Under the pieces are notes generated by a model, which saw only the letters and a list, made by a program, of their open reading frames with translations, had not been told where the DNA came from and searched no databases. From the NCBI GenBank assembly GCA_951406725.2, contig OX597837.1:40362001-40426000 (forward strand): a stretch of 64,000 nt of DNA, given 5' to 3'. The DNA is from Octopus vulgaris. Taxonomy: Eukaryota. This document shows, in pieces, positions 26,474 through 41,469 of this stretch (position 1 is its first letter; every line of letters starts with the position of its first letter). The position numbers and the translations under genes are program-made.

Positions 26474-26705
26474 ATTTCTTTATTGCCCACAAGGGGCTAA
26501 ACATAGAGGGAACAAACAAGGACAGACATAGGTATTAAGTCGATCAGATCGACCCCAGTGCGTAACTGGTACTTAATTTATCGACCCTGAAAGAATGAAA
26601 GGCAAAGTCGACCTCGGCGGAATTTGAACTCACAACGTAACGGCAGACGAAATACGGCTACGCATTTCGCCCGGCGTGCTAACGTTTCTGCCAGCTCGCC
26701 GCCTT
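26474..26705 (-). mobile_element. tRNA-derived SINE family B (Nin/Deu-like domain), full length, 18-bp TSD
   Basis: Minus-strand head GGCGGCGAGCTGGCAGAAACGTTAGC..GAGTTCAAATTCC and GCCTTTCATTCTTTCAGGGTCGATAAA domain; TSD TTATCTTTGTAATTACCT at 26456-26473 and 26706-26723. Confidence 0.92.
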
Positions 26706-26863
26706 TTATCTTTGTAATTACCTGGTCACAGGTTTGATCTCAACGTGAAGCTTTATGGGTAAATGTTTCCCCCCATTAACAACTGATGAACAATCCTCAG
26801 TCCTTAGAATTTTAAGATAAGTCTTCGGATAGATAGATTTTATGTCATATCAGTAGACAGAAT

Positions 26864-27028
26864 AGGCGCAGGTGTGGCTTTGTGGTAAATAGCTTGCTTC
26901 ACAACCAAATTGTTCCGTATTCAGTCCCACTACGTGGCACCTTTAGTAGGTTTCTTCTACTATAGCCTCGGGCCGACCAAAGCCTTGTGAGTGGATTTCG
27001 TAGGTGGAAACTGACAGAAGCCCGTCGT
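26864..27028 (+). mobile_element. SINE family A, 5' half
   Basis: AGGCGCAGGTGTGGCTTTGTGGTAA...GAAGCCCGTCGT. Confidence 0.88.
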
Positions 27029-27253
27029 GTAATACCTTTTTTGACGTTTTCCTTTAATTTTTTACACTGACGAGAAATATAGTACATAACTATTTTAAAC
27101 TCCCTTGTTCGAAAATATAAGGACACAGATGATGTGTCGTATAGCCACCTGGAAACGATGTTTCCTGTGGTTAAATAACAGTAACATTCGTCCCAACCGG
27201 GATGGCACATTGTGTTGGCAAATAATCTTTACTATATATATATATATAATTAT

Positions 27254-27300
<47 letters not shown>

Positions 27301-27303
<3 letters not shown>

Positions 27304-27633
27304 AGACCCACCTTCGGTCATGACTGACCCTGGGATTGCACCTAGAAAGTTACCCTCCCAGGCACAAGTCCGGGCAAGGTTGTTTGTGGAAGACCAACAG
27401 TCACCCAAGCATACCGGCCTCCCCTCTCCTTGCCTCCGATGTCATCCAAGGGAAAGGTAAAGGCCGATATAGTCTGGCACCTGTGACATCGCAACTCATT
27501 TCTACAGCTGAGCGAACTGGAGCAATGTGAAATAATGTGCTCAAGAACACAACTTGTAGCCCGGTTGCGGATTCGAACTACAACCTTGCGATCGTAAGCT
27601 CGACGCTCTAACCACTGAGCCATGCGCCTCCAC
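27301..27633 (-). mobile_element. tRNA(Arg)-like CORE-type SINE family D
   Basis: Head GTGGAGGCGCATGGCTCAGTGGTTAGAGCGTCGAGCTTACGATCG..GTTCGAATCC (A and B boxes, ACG loop), then TGTGTTCTTGAGCA..TTTCACATTGCTCCAGTTC.CTCAGCTGTA. Related decayed CORE-type copies at ~44700-44930, 45115-45425, 49260-49500, 50800-50925 and 55080-55300. Confidence 0.8.
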
Positions 27634-27634
27634 A

Positions 27635-27680
<46 letters not shown>

Positions 27681-27781
27681 AGTGTGTATGTATTTATGTA
27701 TGTATGTAAATAGACTTACATATCGATAGATAGTGAAACTATCGACATGGTTGGATAGAGATATAGCGATAAGCAGAAACG

Positions 27782-27832
<51 letters not shown>

Positions 27833-27864
27833 TTTATTTAAAAGCAGCAGAAATTCAACAAAAC

Positions 27865-27902
27865 CTGTTACTCGGAGTTTCACGTTCCTGTTCGTCGGAC
27901 AG
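27865..27902 (-). ncRNA. Minimal HHR with U4C core
   Basis: CTGT-CCGACGA-ACAGGAACGT-GAAAC-TCCGA-GTA-ACAG. Confidence 0.7.
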
Positions 27903-27924
27903 TTTTGTTAAAATTTTAACAAAT

Positions 27925-27962
27925 CTGTCCGACGAACGGGAACATGAAACTCCGAGTAACAG
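27925..27962 (+). ncRNA. Minimal HHR with U4C core
   Basis: CTGT-CCGACGA-ACGGGAACAT-GAAAC-TCCGA-GTA-ACAG; consensus of the two arms gives stem II ACG/CGT with a GGAA loop. Confidence 0.7.
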
Positions 27963-28065
27963 GTTTTGTTGAATTTCTGCTGCTTTTAAATAAAGCATAT
28001 TACTCTACCCCTGGTATTTGAGTACTCTTTCTTCCCACCTTGTTTCACATTTATGTGTTTACTCT

Positions 28066-28101
<36 letters not shown>

Positions 28102-28108
28102 TTGATAG

Positions 28109-28157
<49 letters not shown>

Positions 28158-28195
28158 CATGCATACATACATACATACATACATACATACATACA

Positions 28196-28228
<33 letters not shown>

Positions 28229-28629
28229 GCATATATAATGTTATATCTATTATACAATATATGCACGGACAATATATAATCTTATACGTTTCCTTTAGAA
28301 AGCTAAAATGGCATTAATTACTGACCACTTTACCGTATTTACTTCCTAAATGATACCTGAACTTATCAGATGAGATTGATTCCCAGGAAAACATTAATTC
28401 TATGTTAATACTTAAACATGAAATAAATCAAAAGAATTTTAGAAAATATATTTTATTTTCTAATACAATTACGGTTTTATTGTTTCTGATGAATGATATT
28501 CAATATGAAAATATAACAAAGTGAAGAGACGAAACGTCAATGATGGCTAGACATATGGAGGAGGCGGTCGGGAGGCTGATGAGGTTGATGTGTGTATGGG
28601 GGGGAGTTGAGGACACTGACCTTAGTGTG

Positions 28630-29250
28630 TGTGACGGTGATGATGACAGTGATGATTATGATGATGGTGGCGGTGGAGGTGATAGTGGTGGTGGTGGTAG
28701 TAGTGGTTGTGGTGGTGGTGGTTGTAGTGGTGAGGAAGATTGTGGTGGTAGTAGTGGTGATGATGGTGCTAGTGGTGGTGGTGGTAGTGGTGGTGGTGGT
28801 GGTGGTAGCGGTGGTGGTAGTTGTGGTGGTGGTAATTGTGGTGTTGGTAGTTGTGGTGGTTGTGGTGGTGGTGGTGGTAGTGGTGGTTTTGGTTGTGGTA
28901 GTGGTGGTGCTGGTTGTGGTGGTAGTGGTTGTGGTGTTGGTGGTGTGGTGGTAGTGGTAGTGGTGGTGGTGGTGGTAGTGGTGGTGGTTGTGGTTGTGGT
29001 GGTAGTGGTGGTGGTGGTGGTTATGGTGGTGGTTGTGGTGGTAGTGGTTGGTGGTGGTGGTAGTGGTTGTGGTGGTAGTGGTTGTGGTGTTGGTAGTCGT
29101 GGTGGTGGTGGTTGTGGTAGTGGTGGTTGTGGTGGTTGTGGTGGTTGTGGTGATGGTGGTTGTGGCGGTGGTGGTAGCGGTGGTGGTAGTGCTGTTGGTT
29201 GTGGTGGTGGTAGTGGTGGTGGTGGTCGTCGTCGTCGTACTGGTGGTGCT
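28630..29250. repeat. Degenerate (GGT)n trinucleotide tract
   Basis: Direct reading; G-rich plus strand. Confidence 0.92.
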
Positions 29251-29454
29251 TGTGCTGGTGATAGAGGGCAGCATGTATGTTGGAAATAGCGGTTATCCTG
29301 TTGCCGTGGAAACACGTCCGATTACTCATTTTGCTTTACTCAGTTTCCTTTATTAGTCCTCAAAACACTTATCTAAACTGTACTTCACTTAAAAAGATTC
29401 GCTAAATTTCCCTCAAATCTGAATACACTCCGTTTTTGGATAATCTGGTGTTGG

Positions 29455-29810
29455 GGATCTTTTCACTTTGACCGGCAGATTTAAAAAATAATTTTTTGTA
29501 ACTAAACACACACACGCGTTTCTCAAACGAAATATGTCATAAATAACAGTGACAAAATAAATATACACCACCGGAAGTTCTTGTTGACAAAAAACAGCAG
29601 TAATTGCATTTACCTCAATAGACGTCATTGATTGGTTGAAATTGCCGAAATACGAGAAATTTAACAACAAATAACTTACAAACTACAGAATTTTCTCAAC
29701 ACCAAGAGTAAAAGATGTTTTATGTGACACATTCTACCAGTATACGAAGTTTGAAAGTGTTTAGTTACAAAAAAATATTTTTAAAATCTGCCGGTCAAAG
29801 TGAAAAGCCC
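29455..29810. mobile_element. MITE with ~50-bp TIRs
   Basis: CTTTTCACTTTGACCGGCAGATTT..AACTAAACAC versus GTGTTTAGTT..AAATCTGCCGGTCAAAGTGAAAAG; interior shares ~150 bp (inverted) with 49528-49966. Confidence 0.85.
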
Positions 29811-29821
29811 GAAAATGGGAG

Positions 29822-30177
29822 TGGGGTAATCGATTATATCGACACCAGTACGCAACTAATACTTATTTGACGAACTCCGAAATGATGAACGGCAAAGTCG
29901 ACTTCGGCGGAATTTGAACTCAGAACATAAACATGAACGTAATACCTATTTCTTTACTACCTACAAGGAGCTACACACAGAGAGGACAAACAAGGACAGA
30001 CAAACGGATTAAGTCGATTATATCGATCCCAGTGCGTAACTGTTACTTATTTAATCGACCCCGAAAGGATGAAAGGTAAAGTCGACCTCGGCGGAATTTG
30101 AACTCAGAACGTAACCGCAGACGAAATACTGCTAAGCATTTCGCCCGGCGAGTTAACGATTCTGCCAGCTCGCCGCC
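29822..30177 (-). mobile_element. SINE family B tandem dimer
   Basis: Two units joined at AATACC-TATTTCTTT (29941-29955). Confidence 0.88.
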
Positions 30178-30961
30178 TGCTGTAAATGAAATGATAGTAC
30201 TCATAATTATAATGTATTAAGTGGAAATTTTTTCTGGTTAAGCATTTGAAATAAAAATTTTACGTGTATATTTTTATTTATTTATAGTTGTTAAACTTTG
30301 TGTCCGTGACTCTTGCAATTTACGATAAGCAGTAAGTCTTTCACATCCATTAGTATAAAGAGACTGTAAGATCTGATACTTCCAGCCCATGTATCCACAA
30401 CGTGAGATGTTTGGTGGCTCATATATATTGCTAATGCATTTTGTCACTAGAAAAGAAATTGCAGTTTGGAGTACGATTGTTGGTAAATAAAAGAATATCA
30501 TATATATGAATGTGTGTGTATGCGCACGCGTGGATGTGTTTGGTATGTATACATACACAAACATATCATAGATATTTTTGTAATTTCAATTTTTCAACAG
30601 CAAAAACGGATAAGCATTATCTTAGTGTTTATCGAATATTTCATCATATATAAAGACCACCATGATGCTTAGAATATCAAATGTTTTTAATTTACATCAA
30701 CACATATATATATGTGTGGGTGTGTGTACACATACATTTATAAACGAATAAATGTGCATGTATGTATATGTGGGTATATATGTATATATCTGACAGTGTA
30801 AGTGTGTACGAGTGTATATATAATTGAAGCAAGACAAAAATTTCCACTTTTAAACTTGATGTCACCACTCTTAGTTGATGGAATATTTGACAAAATTCTA
30901 CAAATGTTATTGCTTCTCTAATATTATTAACATAAAAGCAATAACAACGTTGTATATGCAT

Positions 30962-31177
<216 letters not shown>

Positions 31178-31339
31178 ATGTATTATAGCGGGAGAGAGAT
31201 ACACAATATGTATAAATTATTTTTCGTTTTCTCTTAACTTGAAGTATTATTCACAAGTGAAGAAGTATTTTAAATTGGATCCATCTAAACAGAATTCTAA
31301 AACATATTAGAGGATATGAAATATATGCGATGACGAATG

Positions 31340-31392
<53 letters not shown>

Positions 31393-31554
31393 ATGTGAAG
31401 GGGGGAAATTAAAAAGTAGTGAGGGGGAGAGAGGGGGGTAAAACGTGAGTTGAGAGATGATGAGAGAGAGGAGAAGTGTGAGTGAAAATGAAAGAAGACC
31501 TGACAGTTGTAATTGCTAATATGCATTTCCTATTGTAGTACAGTAACATGTATG

Positions 31555-31641
<87 letters not shown>

Positions 31642-31691
31642 TGTATATATCTGTATGTATGCATATGTATACATATAGATATGTATTTGCA

Positions 31692-31772
<81 letters not shown>

Positions 31773-32333
31773 TATATAAATATACATATATATATAAACA
31801 TATATATGCATATATACAATTATGTTTAAACAAATATGTGTGTGTGTGTGTGTATTCATATATATATAGTGAGATATAACTATATTCGCAGATATATTAA
31901 TTTGCGCATATGTATACATGTGTATAAATGCTTATACATAGACACATACGCCTACATACATGAGTTCTCTTCATTTCGATATTCATACATTTAGGGAGTG
32001 TGATGGAAAACATATTCGATCGTTTAGCGAACAATATATCTGAATGAATTTAATTATCTTCTTATTATTATTCTTTCGTCCAAATTTCGAAGTTTGCTTC
32101 CGAAACAGATGTTTCCAGGTTCACTCCCACTCCGTGGCATCTTCGGCAACAGTTTCGTAAAATATTCTCGTGGACTCGGGCTGACCAAAATCTTTTTTGG
32201 GGAGGAATCGAAACCGCGAACCCCCGACCGCTAGTCTACTGCCCTAACCACTAGGCCATTTCTCCTCCACAAGTGAATATAAGATTATCAATTGATATTC
32301 ATATCTGTATATTTTTCGGTCATTTCAATCGTT

Positions 32334-32533
32334 GCCGATTTTTTACCTCCGCCTTCCTTTTCTCTTGGAATTTCCTCTCTATCCTGTTCCTGAAGAAGAG
32401 CTTTGTTCGAAACGTAAAGCAACCTTTCTTTCCTTCCCTGACCGTCTGTTATTATTTTGAATGTACCACATCCTCGCGTTGTTGGTTTTCCTTCTTTTTC
32501 TTGTTGTTGTGTGTTTCTTTGTTTTGGGGGATT
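32334..32533 (+). mobile_element. ~200-bp pyrimidine-rich cassette with minimal HHR (32386-32420)
   Basis: CTGAAGA-A-GAGC-TTT-GTTC-GAAAC-GTA; related to the 47327 and 58797 cassettes; ends in (TA)n. Confidence 0.75.
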
Positions 32534-32544
32534 ATATATATATA

Positions 32545-32594
<50 letters not shown>

Positions 32595-32596
<2 letters not shown>

Positions 32597-32810
32597 CTTT
32601 TATTCTTTTACTTGTTTCAGTTATTTGATTCTGGCCATGCTGGAGCACCGCCTTTAGTCGAACAAATCGACCCAGGACTTATTCTTTGTAAGCCTAGCAC
32701 TTATTCTATCGGTCTTTTATGCCGAAGCACTAAGTTACGGGGACGTAGACACGACACAATCGGTTGTCAAGCGATGGTGGGGAACAAAGACAGATACACA
32801 AACACACACA
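32595..32810 (-). mobile_element. SINE family A, 3' half
   Basis: Tail through CGGTTGTCAAGCGATG. Confidence 0.88.
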
Positions 32811-32823
32811 CATACACATATAC

Positions 32824-32942
<119 letters not shown>

Positions 32943-32967
32943 GTATATGTGTATATATATATGTTTA

Positions 32968-33043
<76 letters not shown>

Positions 33044-33050
33044 TATATGT

Positions 33051-33085
<35 letters not shown>

Positions 33086-33358
33086 AAGGCGGCGAGTTGG
33101 CAGATTCGTTAGCACGAGGGACAAAATCTTTAGCGGCATTTCTTCTGTCTCTGCGTTCAAATTTAAATCGATGTCGGATTTGCGTTCAAGCCATTTGGGG
33201 TCGATAAAATAAGGACCATATCGATTACTGTAATCTATATTATCGGCTTAACCACTTCCCAACATCTACTGGCTTTGAACCAAAATTTTAAGACTAATAT
33301 ATATATATTAATAATAATATTAGGGAGTAAATCCAAACTATGTTTGTATATATATGTA

Positions 33359-33407
<49 letters not shown>

Positions 33408-34235
33408 TTATATAAGTATATGAATATATACATATATAAACATACATATCTATCTCTGTCTCTGCCTCTGTCTCACTATATATATATATATATATATCTA
33501 CAAATACAAATATGTATATATATATATATCGATATATATATATATATGTATACGTATGTATGTATGTACGTATATATGTATATGTGTGTGTGTGTATGTG
33601 TAAGGGTGTGTGAGTGTATGTAGCTGTTTTGTGAAAACTCCACTTTGCATCTAAAATACAGTCCACTACTTAGGCTTGTGTACCTTACAGTTTCATACAC
33701 CAACGCCCACTCAATATTTCTCACTTTAAGACAATGATGAATTATGTAAATACAAATACAATATAGCGAGGCGAGTGAAATCGAGTAAAGTACTTTTAAG
33801 TGATAGGTTCTGACCTGAACTTATTCAAGTGAAAGTCTTCGAGCAGTAAAAGAGGGGTGAAAAGGTGGGATATTCATAATAAATGATTATTGCAAAATGT
33901 GTCTTTCCTGTAATGTATAGCTAGACGTATTTCATTACCAAATACGAGTTTTTCAACATATACAACATATAGGTGGACAGCTGTCTGAACAAATTTTAAA
34001 ATATACAACACCATAATTACATATGTATATGTCTGCGCATGCGTTAGTATGTGTCTATACTTACGTATATATGTGCAAAAATAAGTATTATATGAATGTG
34101 TAAACACACATGTATGTATGTATATATGTATGTATATATGTATATATAAATATAAATAAATAAATAAATATATATATATATATAAATATAAATAAATAAA
34201 TATATATATATATATAAATATATATATATAAATAA

Positions 34236-34284
<49 letters not shown>

Positions 34285-34588
34285 ACATATTTGGTTAAAT
34301 CTCGTAAATTTTGCTTCTAGTGTAGTAGAAAAAATTACCCAGATCATATAATTGCATATTGGCTTACACGTACATTCTATATTTGCATATCCATATACAT
34401 ATATATGTATGTGTATACGTATATACATTCAAACATACATATACATATACAGAAACACACTCACGCTTATATGTATATACACATATATACATACATACAT
34501 ATATATATATCTGTATGTGTTTTTTATTCTAGTTTCACCTCAGAGCTGCGGCCATGCTGGTGCACCGCTGTATGTATACTTATATATA

Positions 34589-34950
34589 ACGGAAACTGAA
34601 AGAAGCCCGTCGTAAATATGTATATATATATATATATATATAAAATAATATGTTACAATTACTCAATAGTCAAGATAAAACTCTGAGTTTCAGATGCCGA
34701 AGTGGAAATCTACAACACCATCTCTTCGGTTATCTGGCCATCTGAAAAAACGCTGCGTCTGTGTTTGTCCCCCCAACATCGGATTGACAACCGATGCTTG
34801 TGTGTTTGCATCCCCGTAACTTAGCGGTTCGGCACAAGAGACCGATAAAATAAGTACTAGGCTTACAAAGACTAAGTCCCGGGGTCGATTTGCTCGACTA
34901 AAGGCGGTGCTACAGCATAGCCGCAGTCGAATAACTGAAACAAGTAAAAC
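34589..34950 (+). mobile_element. SINE family A interrupted at its internal (TA)n by a ~110-bp HHR cassette
   Basis: ACGGAAACTGAAAGAAGCCCGTCGT-(TA)n-[34642-34752]-GTCTGTGTTTGTCCCCCCAACATCG... Confidence 0.85.
34673..34735 (-). ncRNA. HHR fold with U4C core
   Basis: AGATAA-CCGAAGA-GATG...CATC-T-GAAAC-TCAGA-GTT-TTATCT; 6-bp stem I, near-palindromic stem III ACUC-A-GAGU. Confidence 0.65.
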
Positions 34951-34951
34951 A

Positions 34952-35012
<61 letters not shown>

Positions 35013-35755
35013 TATATACATACATACATACATACACACATATACATGTATATTAATGTTTTGCTTAAGCATAGTATTACTAATAACTTGGTTTACAATT
35101 AAGTATACATGTTTCCACAAGATACGTTAGGAAAGTACAGAATATATGAAATTAAAATTTCATATGTAATTAAAATAAAATATGAAATTGAATAAAAGAC
35201 AAAGGAACAGGAAATTATATAATGACATTCTTTCGCTTACTGCTGTTTCCGCTATAGGTTATGACGCAATCAGAACTGAGTGTTTGTACGTTACTTTATA
35301 GCTTCTGGGGAGTTACTAAATAAAGCGCAAGTGCGCAAGTTTATTCAGGGAACCTTTTGCATATATAGAGGAAAATACATGTATATTTAGGTCTTTCCAA
35401 ATAAACTTGTATCTCATTGTAGAAGCTTTGCGGAAACTATAATATGATACACAAACACTTAGCTCTGGTTGCACTACACCTTATAGCAGAAACGGGTGTA
35501 AGCTCATGATGCCGAATGCATAATTTCTTTCCTAGTCAGTTATTTGGTTTCATATTCTTTACATACACAAACACACACACACACACACACAGACACAGAC
35601 ACACACACACACAGTCACACAAACACACACACACATATCTTTCCAGAACCTTCGTATGTACTTGTCTCCCTATCCTTATACTTGTATTTCTTGATCACAC
35701 AATTTTTATGCATTTATGTATATATATTATATATACATATATGTGCGTGTGTGTG

Positions 35756-35786
<31 letters not shown>

Positions 35787-35875
35787 TTATGGGTGCATGT
35801 CGACGTATGTATATGTGTATATGTATATGTATATATTTATACACATACATAAATACATATATATATTTATTTATG

Positions 35876-35909
<34 letters not shown>

Positions 35910-36539
35910 CATACATAAATGCATATATATATATCTATTCATAGATATATATGTATATATACATACATACATACATATATACATACATGCATACATATAT
36001 ACCTACCTACCTGTGTATGTTGTACACCATTTTGTACGTGCATAAAATGAGCATTTTTTTTTTACTTTCCTTCTGGGCCGCCATAAATCAATAGTCAAAA
36101 AGAAAGCTACAAAATTCTAAATTTCTGAATAAAATATAAAAAAGGACGTATATAATAAAAAAACACAATAAACAAACCAAAGGAAAAGAAATAAAAAAAG
36201 TAGAAACAAACTTACAAAATAGTAAACCATACAAATATAAATAAAAATACGGTATTTCTCGTACCATATGTTTCTCACATTTACCATCTGTAAAGACACA
36301 GAAAACGAATATATAAAATTACTCAACGCGTGTATATGGACAATTTAAGTGCACTGGTGAACGTTGATATATATCTGGAAGTATAAACAGTAAATTGCGA
36401 AAGAGTAAATGCGATAATACGGGTTGTGTGTCGGTGTTAGGGATTATCGTGAGAGAGCTTTAAATAATTCAGACTAAACAATAATAATAAAACGTTGGTA
36501 GCACTAATAATAACACTAATGATGAGAATACAACGATGA

Positions 36540-37830
<1,291 letters not shown>

Positions 37831-38137
37831 ATCATGTTTTTGCTCTCGCGTTTGTGTTGATGCTGGTGATGAGGCCATCAATGATGCTGGCGATCGCAAT
37901 CTATGGTAATATACTGTATCCGCATCTGGGCAGGTTCGCATTTAGTATGCAGAAACGCACATTTTAGGTAGTATTTTTTTCTTTGTTTGTTTTTTTTATT
38001 TACTTCGGCTGTCTTGTGTATAATTAAATGGTCGTTTGTTTATTTTATAGTGACATGGAAGGGTTTATGTGCGTACATATGTGTGTGTGTATATATAGGT
38101 GGGTAAGTATGTGTTTGACTATGTTCGTTTTTGTGTG

Positions 38138-38185
<48 letters not shown>

Positions 38186-38874
38186 TGCATGTATGTGAGT
38201 TTACATGTCTGTATGTATGTATGTATGTAATTATGTGTCAATGTATGTATGAAGGTATATATATATAAATGTATATCTCTATATGTTTATATATATATAT
38301 ATATATATGTATGAATATATATATATTTATATATATATATATATGTATATATATGTATATATATTTATATATATATATATATATATACATAAGTATATAC
38401 GTATATATTTGTATACACACACATATATACACATATGCATATGTATGTGTGCATATGTGTATGTATGTACATATGTGCCTATGTACCTATGTGTGTTTGT
38501 ATGGGTATATTCCTGTGCACATATGTGCATGTGTGTATACGTATATGTATATCTATATACTGCCAAGTACCCAACAACTCGGGCATATATGTATATATAT
38601 ATATATATGTGTGTGTGAGTATGTGTGTCTATTTTTATATATGAATGTAGATATGTATGGGTATATATGAATACATGTATGTGTGTATTCACATATGCGC
38701 ACACATATCTATGTTTGTGTGTGTGTGTGGTGTGAATACATGCATGTATATATGTGTACGTATGTAAAGAAGGGACACAGTAGCTTATACAAATTTCTAC
38801 ATGCATATAACGTATGTAATGTATATGAATGTGTGTGTGTGGTGTGTCTATGCATGTGTATGTATTATATGATG

Positions 38875-38878
38875 CTGT

Positions 38879-38951
<73 letters not shown>

Positions 38952-39035
38952 CATGATGATGATGATGATGATGATGATGGTGATGATGATGTTGATGGTG
39001 ATGATGATGATGGTGGTGGTGGTGGTGGTGGTGAT
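38875..39035. repeat. (GAT)n-(GGT)n microsatellite
   Basis: Direct reading. Confidence 0.95.
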
Positions 39036-39264
39036 GATTACAAATGTTGATAATACTCTGTATGCGCATCTGTTCATATTTGCATTTAGTATTCAGAAAC
39101 ACATGCGTGTCTGTGTGTCTTCCTGTCTAAACATGTGCCTCCCCCCACACACACATACACACACACACACACACACACATACACACACGGATGAAGATAG
39201 ACGCATTGTATTTACGAAACATCATTATGCATATACGTAAATCACGCTCTCTTCAGGTATATAT

Positions 39265-39316
<52 letters not shown>

Positions 39317-39429
39317 ACACACACATATATATATATGTATATTTTCATATACATACAAATTTACATATACACACACACATACAAACATATGTGCATACAA
39401 CCATACAACCATACATCCATCTATTCATC

Positions 39430-39996
39430 CATACATACATACACACATACATACATAAATACATACAAACATGCGTATATACATGAATTCATGCATACGT
39501 GCATACATCCATGCATACATACATAAATACATACGCACATGCGGGCAATCCTACACACATACATACATACATACATACATACACACATACATACACACAT
39601 ACATACACACATACATACATACGTATATACATACATACATGCGTACATACATACACACGCACATATATACATACTTACATACAAACATACATATATACAT
39701 ACATACATACAAACATACATACTTACATACATAAATACATACGCACATGCGAGTAATCCTACATACATATACATACATACATACACACACATACATATAC
39801 ATATATACATATACACATATACATATATACATATACACATATACATACATATACATACATGCATCCATACATCCATCCATCCATACATACATACATACAC
39901 ACGCACATATAGACATACATACATACATACATGCATACATACATACATACATACATACATACATACATACATACATACATACATAAATACATACAT
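39430..39996. repeat. Degenerate (TACA)n microsatellite
   Basis: Direct reading. Confidence 0.92.
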
Positions 39997-40420
39997 AGGT
40001 TAACATACACACATTTGTATGCGTTACGTGTATTCTAAACAAGCTGGATGTTGTTAGTAAAAAAAAATCCGTTGAAAAGTTCAAACAGGGAACGTTGAGT
40101 GCTTTATACGCTTTATACTTCTACATTCTTGTACTTCTTCATTTGGGTGTGTTAAAACTGCAATAAAATTCCTTTCAACTCCCCCATGTAGCAAAGAACT
40201 CTCCGAACACGTTCACACACATCCACACATTTATACATGAGCTTACGCAAGCACCTGCGTACGCCAAACACATTGCGTAGAGCGCGCATTCTCTAAGGAA
40301 GATAACGGAAAAGTTAAGTGCCATCAATTTACTCGCAGCGGTTCTTGATAATGGTTCGGTTTTTGTAAAAAGAAGGGTGATAGGGGGAAATAATTAAAGG
40401 AATGCGAACAGTTTCAATAG

Positions 40421-41165
40421 ATCGAGAGAAGGTTCTCAGTTGTCTCTTGAAACGCTATAAGAAATACAAGAAGCATATATATATATATATAGAGAGAGAG
40501 AGAGGGAGAAAACGTGTGATCCATAGTTAGGGGTGTAGTTATATTCTAGAACAGTAAATCTACCTGACGAACATTCCAGAACTCTAAATCTGTACTTTAG
40601 AACATTCTAGAACACTAAAGTTATATTCGAGAATATTTTAAAATCGTTACGTTATCTTCTAGATTTATGTGAGTTTATCTTTTGATTATCTTTTTTAGTT
40701 TTTTAGCTTTTTTCCTTCTTGCTTTATTCTTTGCGGTTTTACTGGCTTCAATCATTAGACTGCAGCCATGCTGGAGCACCGCTTTGATGAAGAATCGAGA
40801 GAAGGTTCTCAGTTGTCTCTTGAAACGCTATAAGAAATACAAGAAGCATATATATATATATATAGAGAGAGAGAGAGGGAGAAAACGTGTGATCCATAGT
40901 TAGGGGTGTAGTTATATTCTAGAACAGTAAATCTACCTGACGAACATTCCAGAACTCTAAATCTGTGCTTTAGAACATTCTAGAACACTAAAGATATATT
41001 CGAGAATATTTTAAAGTCATTATGTTATCTTCTAGATTTATGTGAGTTTATCTTTTGATTATCTTTTTAGTCTTTTAGTTTTTTTCCTTCTTTCATTTTT
41101 CTTTGCGGTTTCACTGGCTTCAATCATTAGACTGCAGCCATGCTGGAGCACCGCTTTGATGAAGA
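40421..41165 (+). repeat. 373-bp tandem duplication (40421-40793 and 40794-41165)
   Basis: ATCGAGAGAAGGTTCTCAG...CCGCTTTGATGAAGA repeated with few differences. Confidence 0.92.
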
Positions 41166-41333
41166 ATTTTTAGTCAAGCAAATCAATCCCAGTATTTGTT
41201 TTTGTTTTTAAAAAAAAAGTGGAAAAAGAAGCCCGGTACATATTCTGTCGATACCTTTGGTCGAGCCGCTAAGTTACGAGAATGTAAAAAGAGCAACATA
41301 GGTTGTCAAGCGTGGTAGGGAACAAACGCACAC

Positions 41334-41366
<33 letters not shown>

Positions 41367-41469
41367 TCCTACATGATGGAGGTGGGGGAAGCTTTGTAAC
41401 GTGTGATTAACAATAAATCGAAGAAACCCAAACCTCTTAATACAATTCTATATTATATATTATCAGTGG

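Larger units (their letters stand above)
27832..28068 (+). mobile_element. 164-bp spacerless palindrome (27832-27995) plus ~70-bp tail inside (TA)n
   Basis: Centre TTGTTAAAA|TTTTAACAA at 27913/27914; about 3 mismatches between the arms. Confidence 0.9.

Noticed and set aside
28540-29289. 249-aa Gly/Cys-rich ORF and antisense Pro- or Thr-rich ORFs resembling structural or mucin proteins
   Set aside because: Degenerate (GGT)n tract open in several frames, switching register midway (poly-Val); no signal peptide or clear splice context.
35232-35510. GAAAC-AGCA-GTA (minus) and GAAAC-GGGT-GTA (plus) HHR 3' halves in inverted orientation
   Set aside because: No matching CUGANGA core found; possibly a very old fold-back cassette but unsupported.
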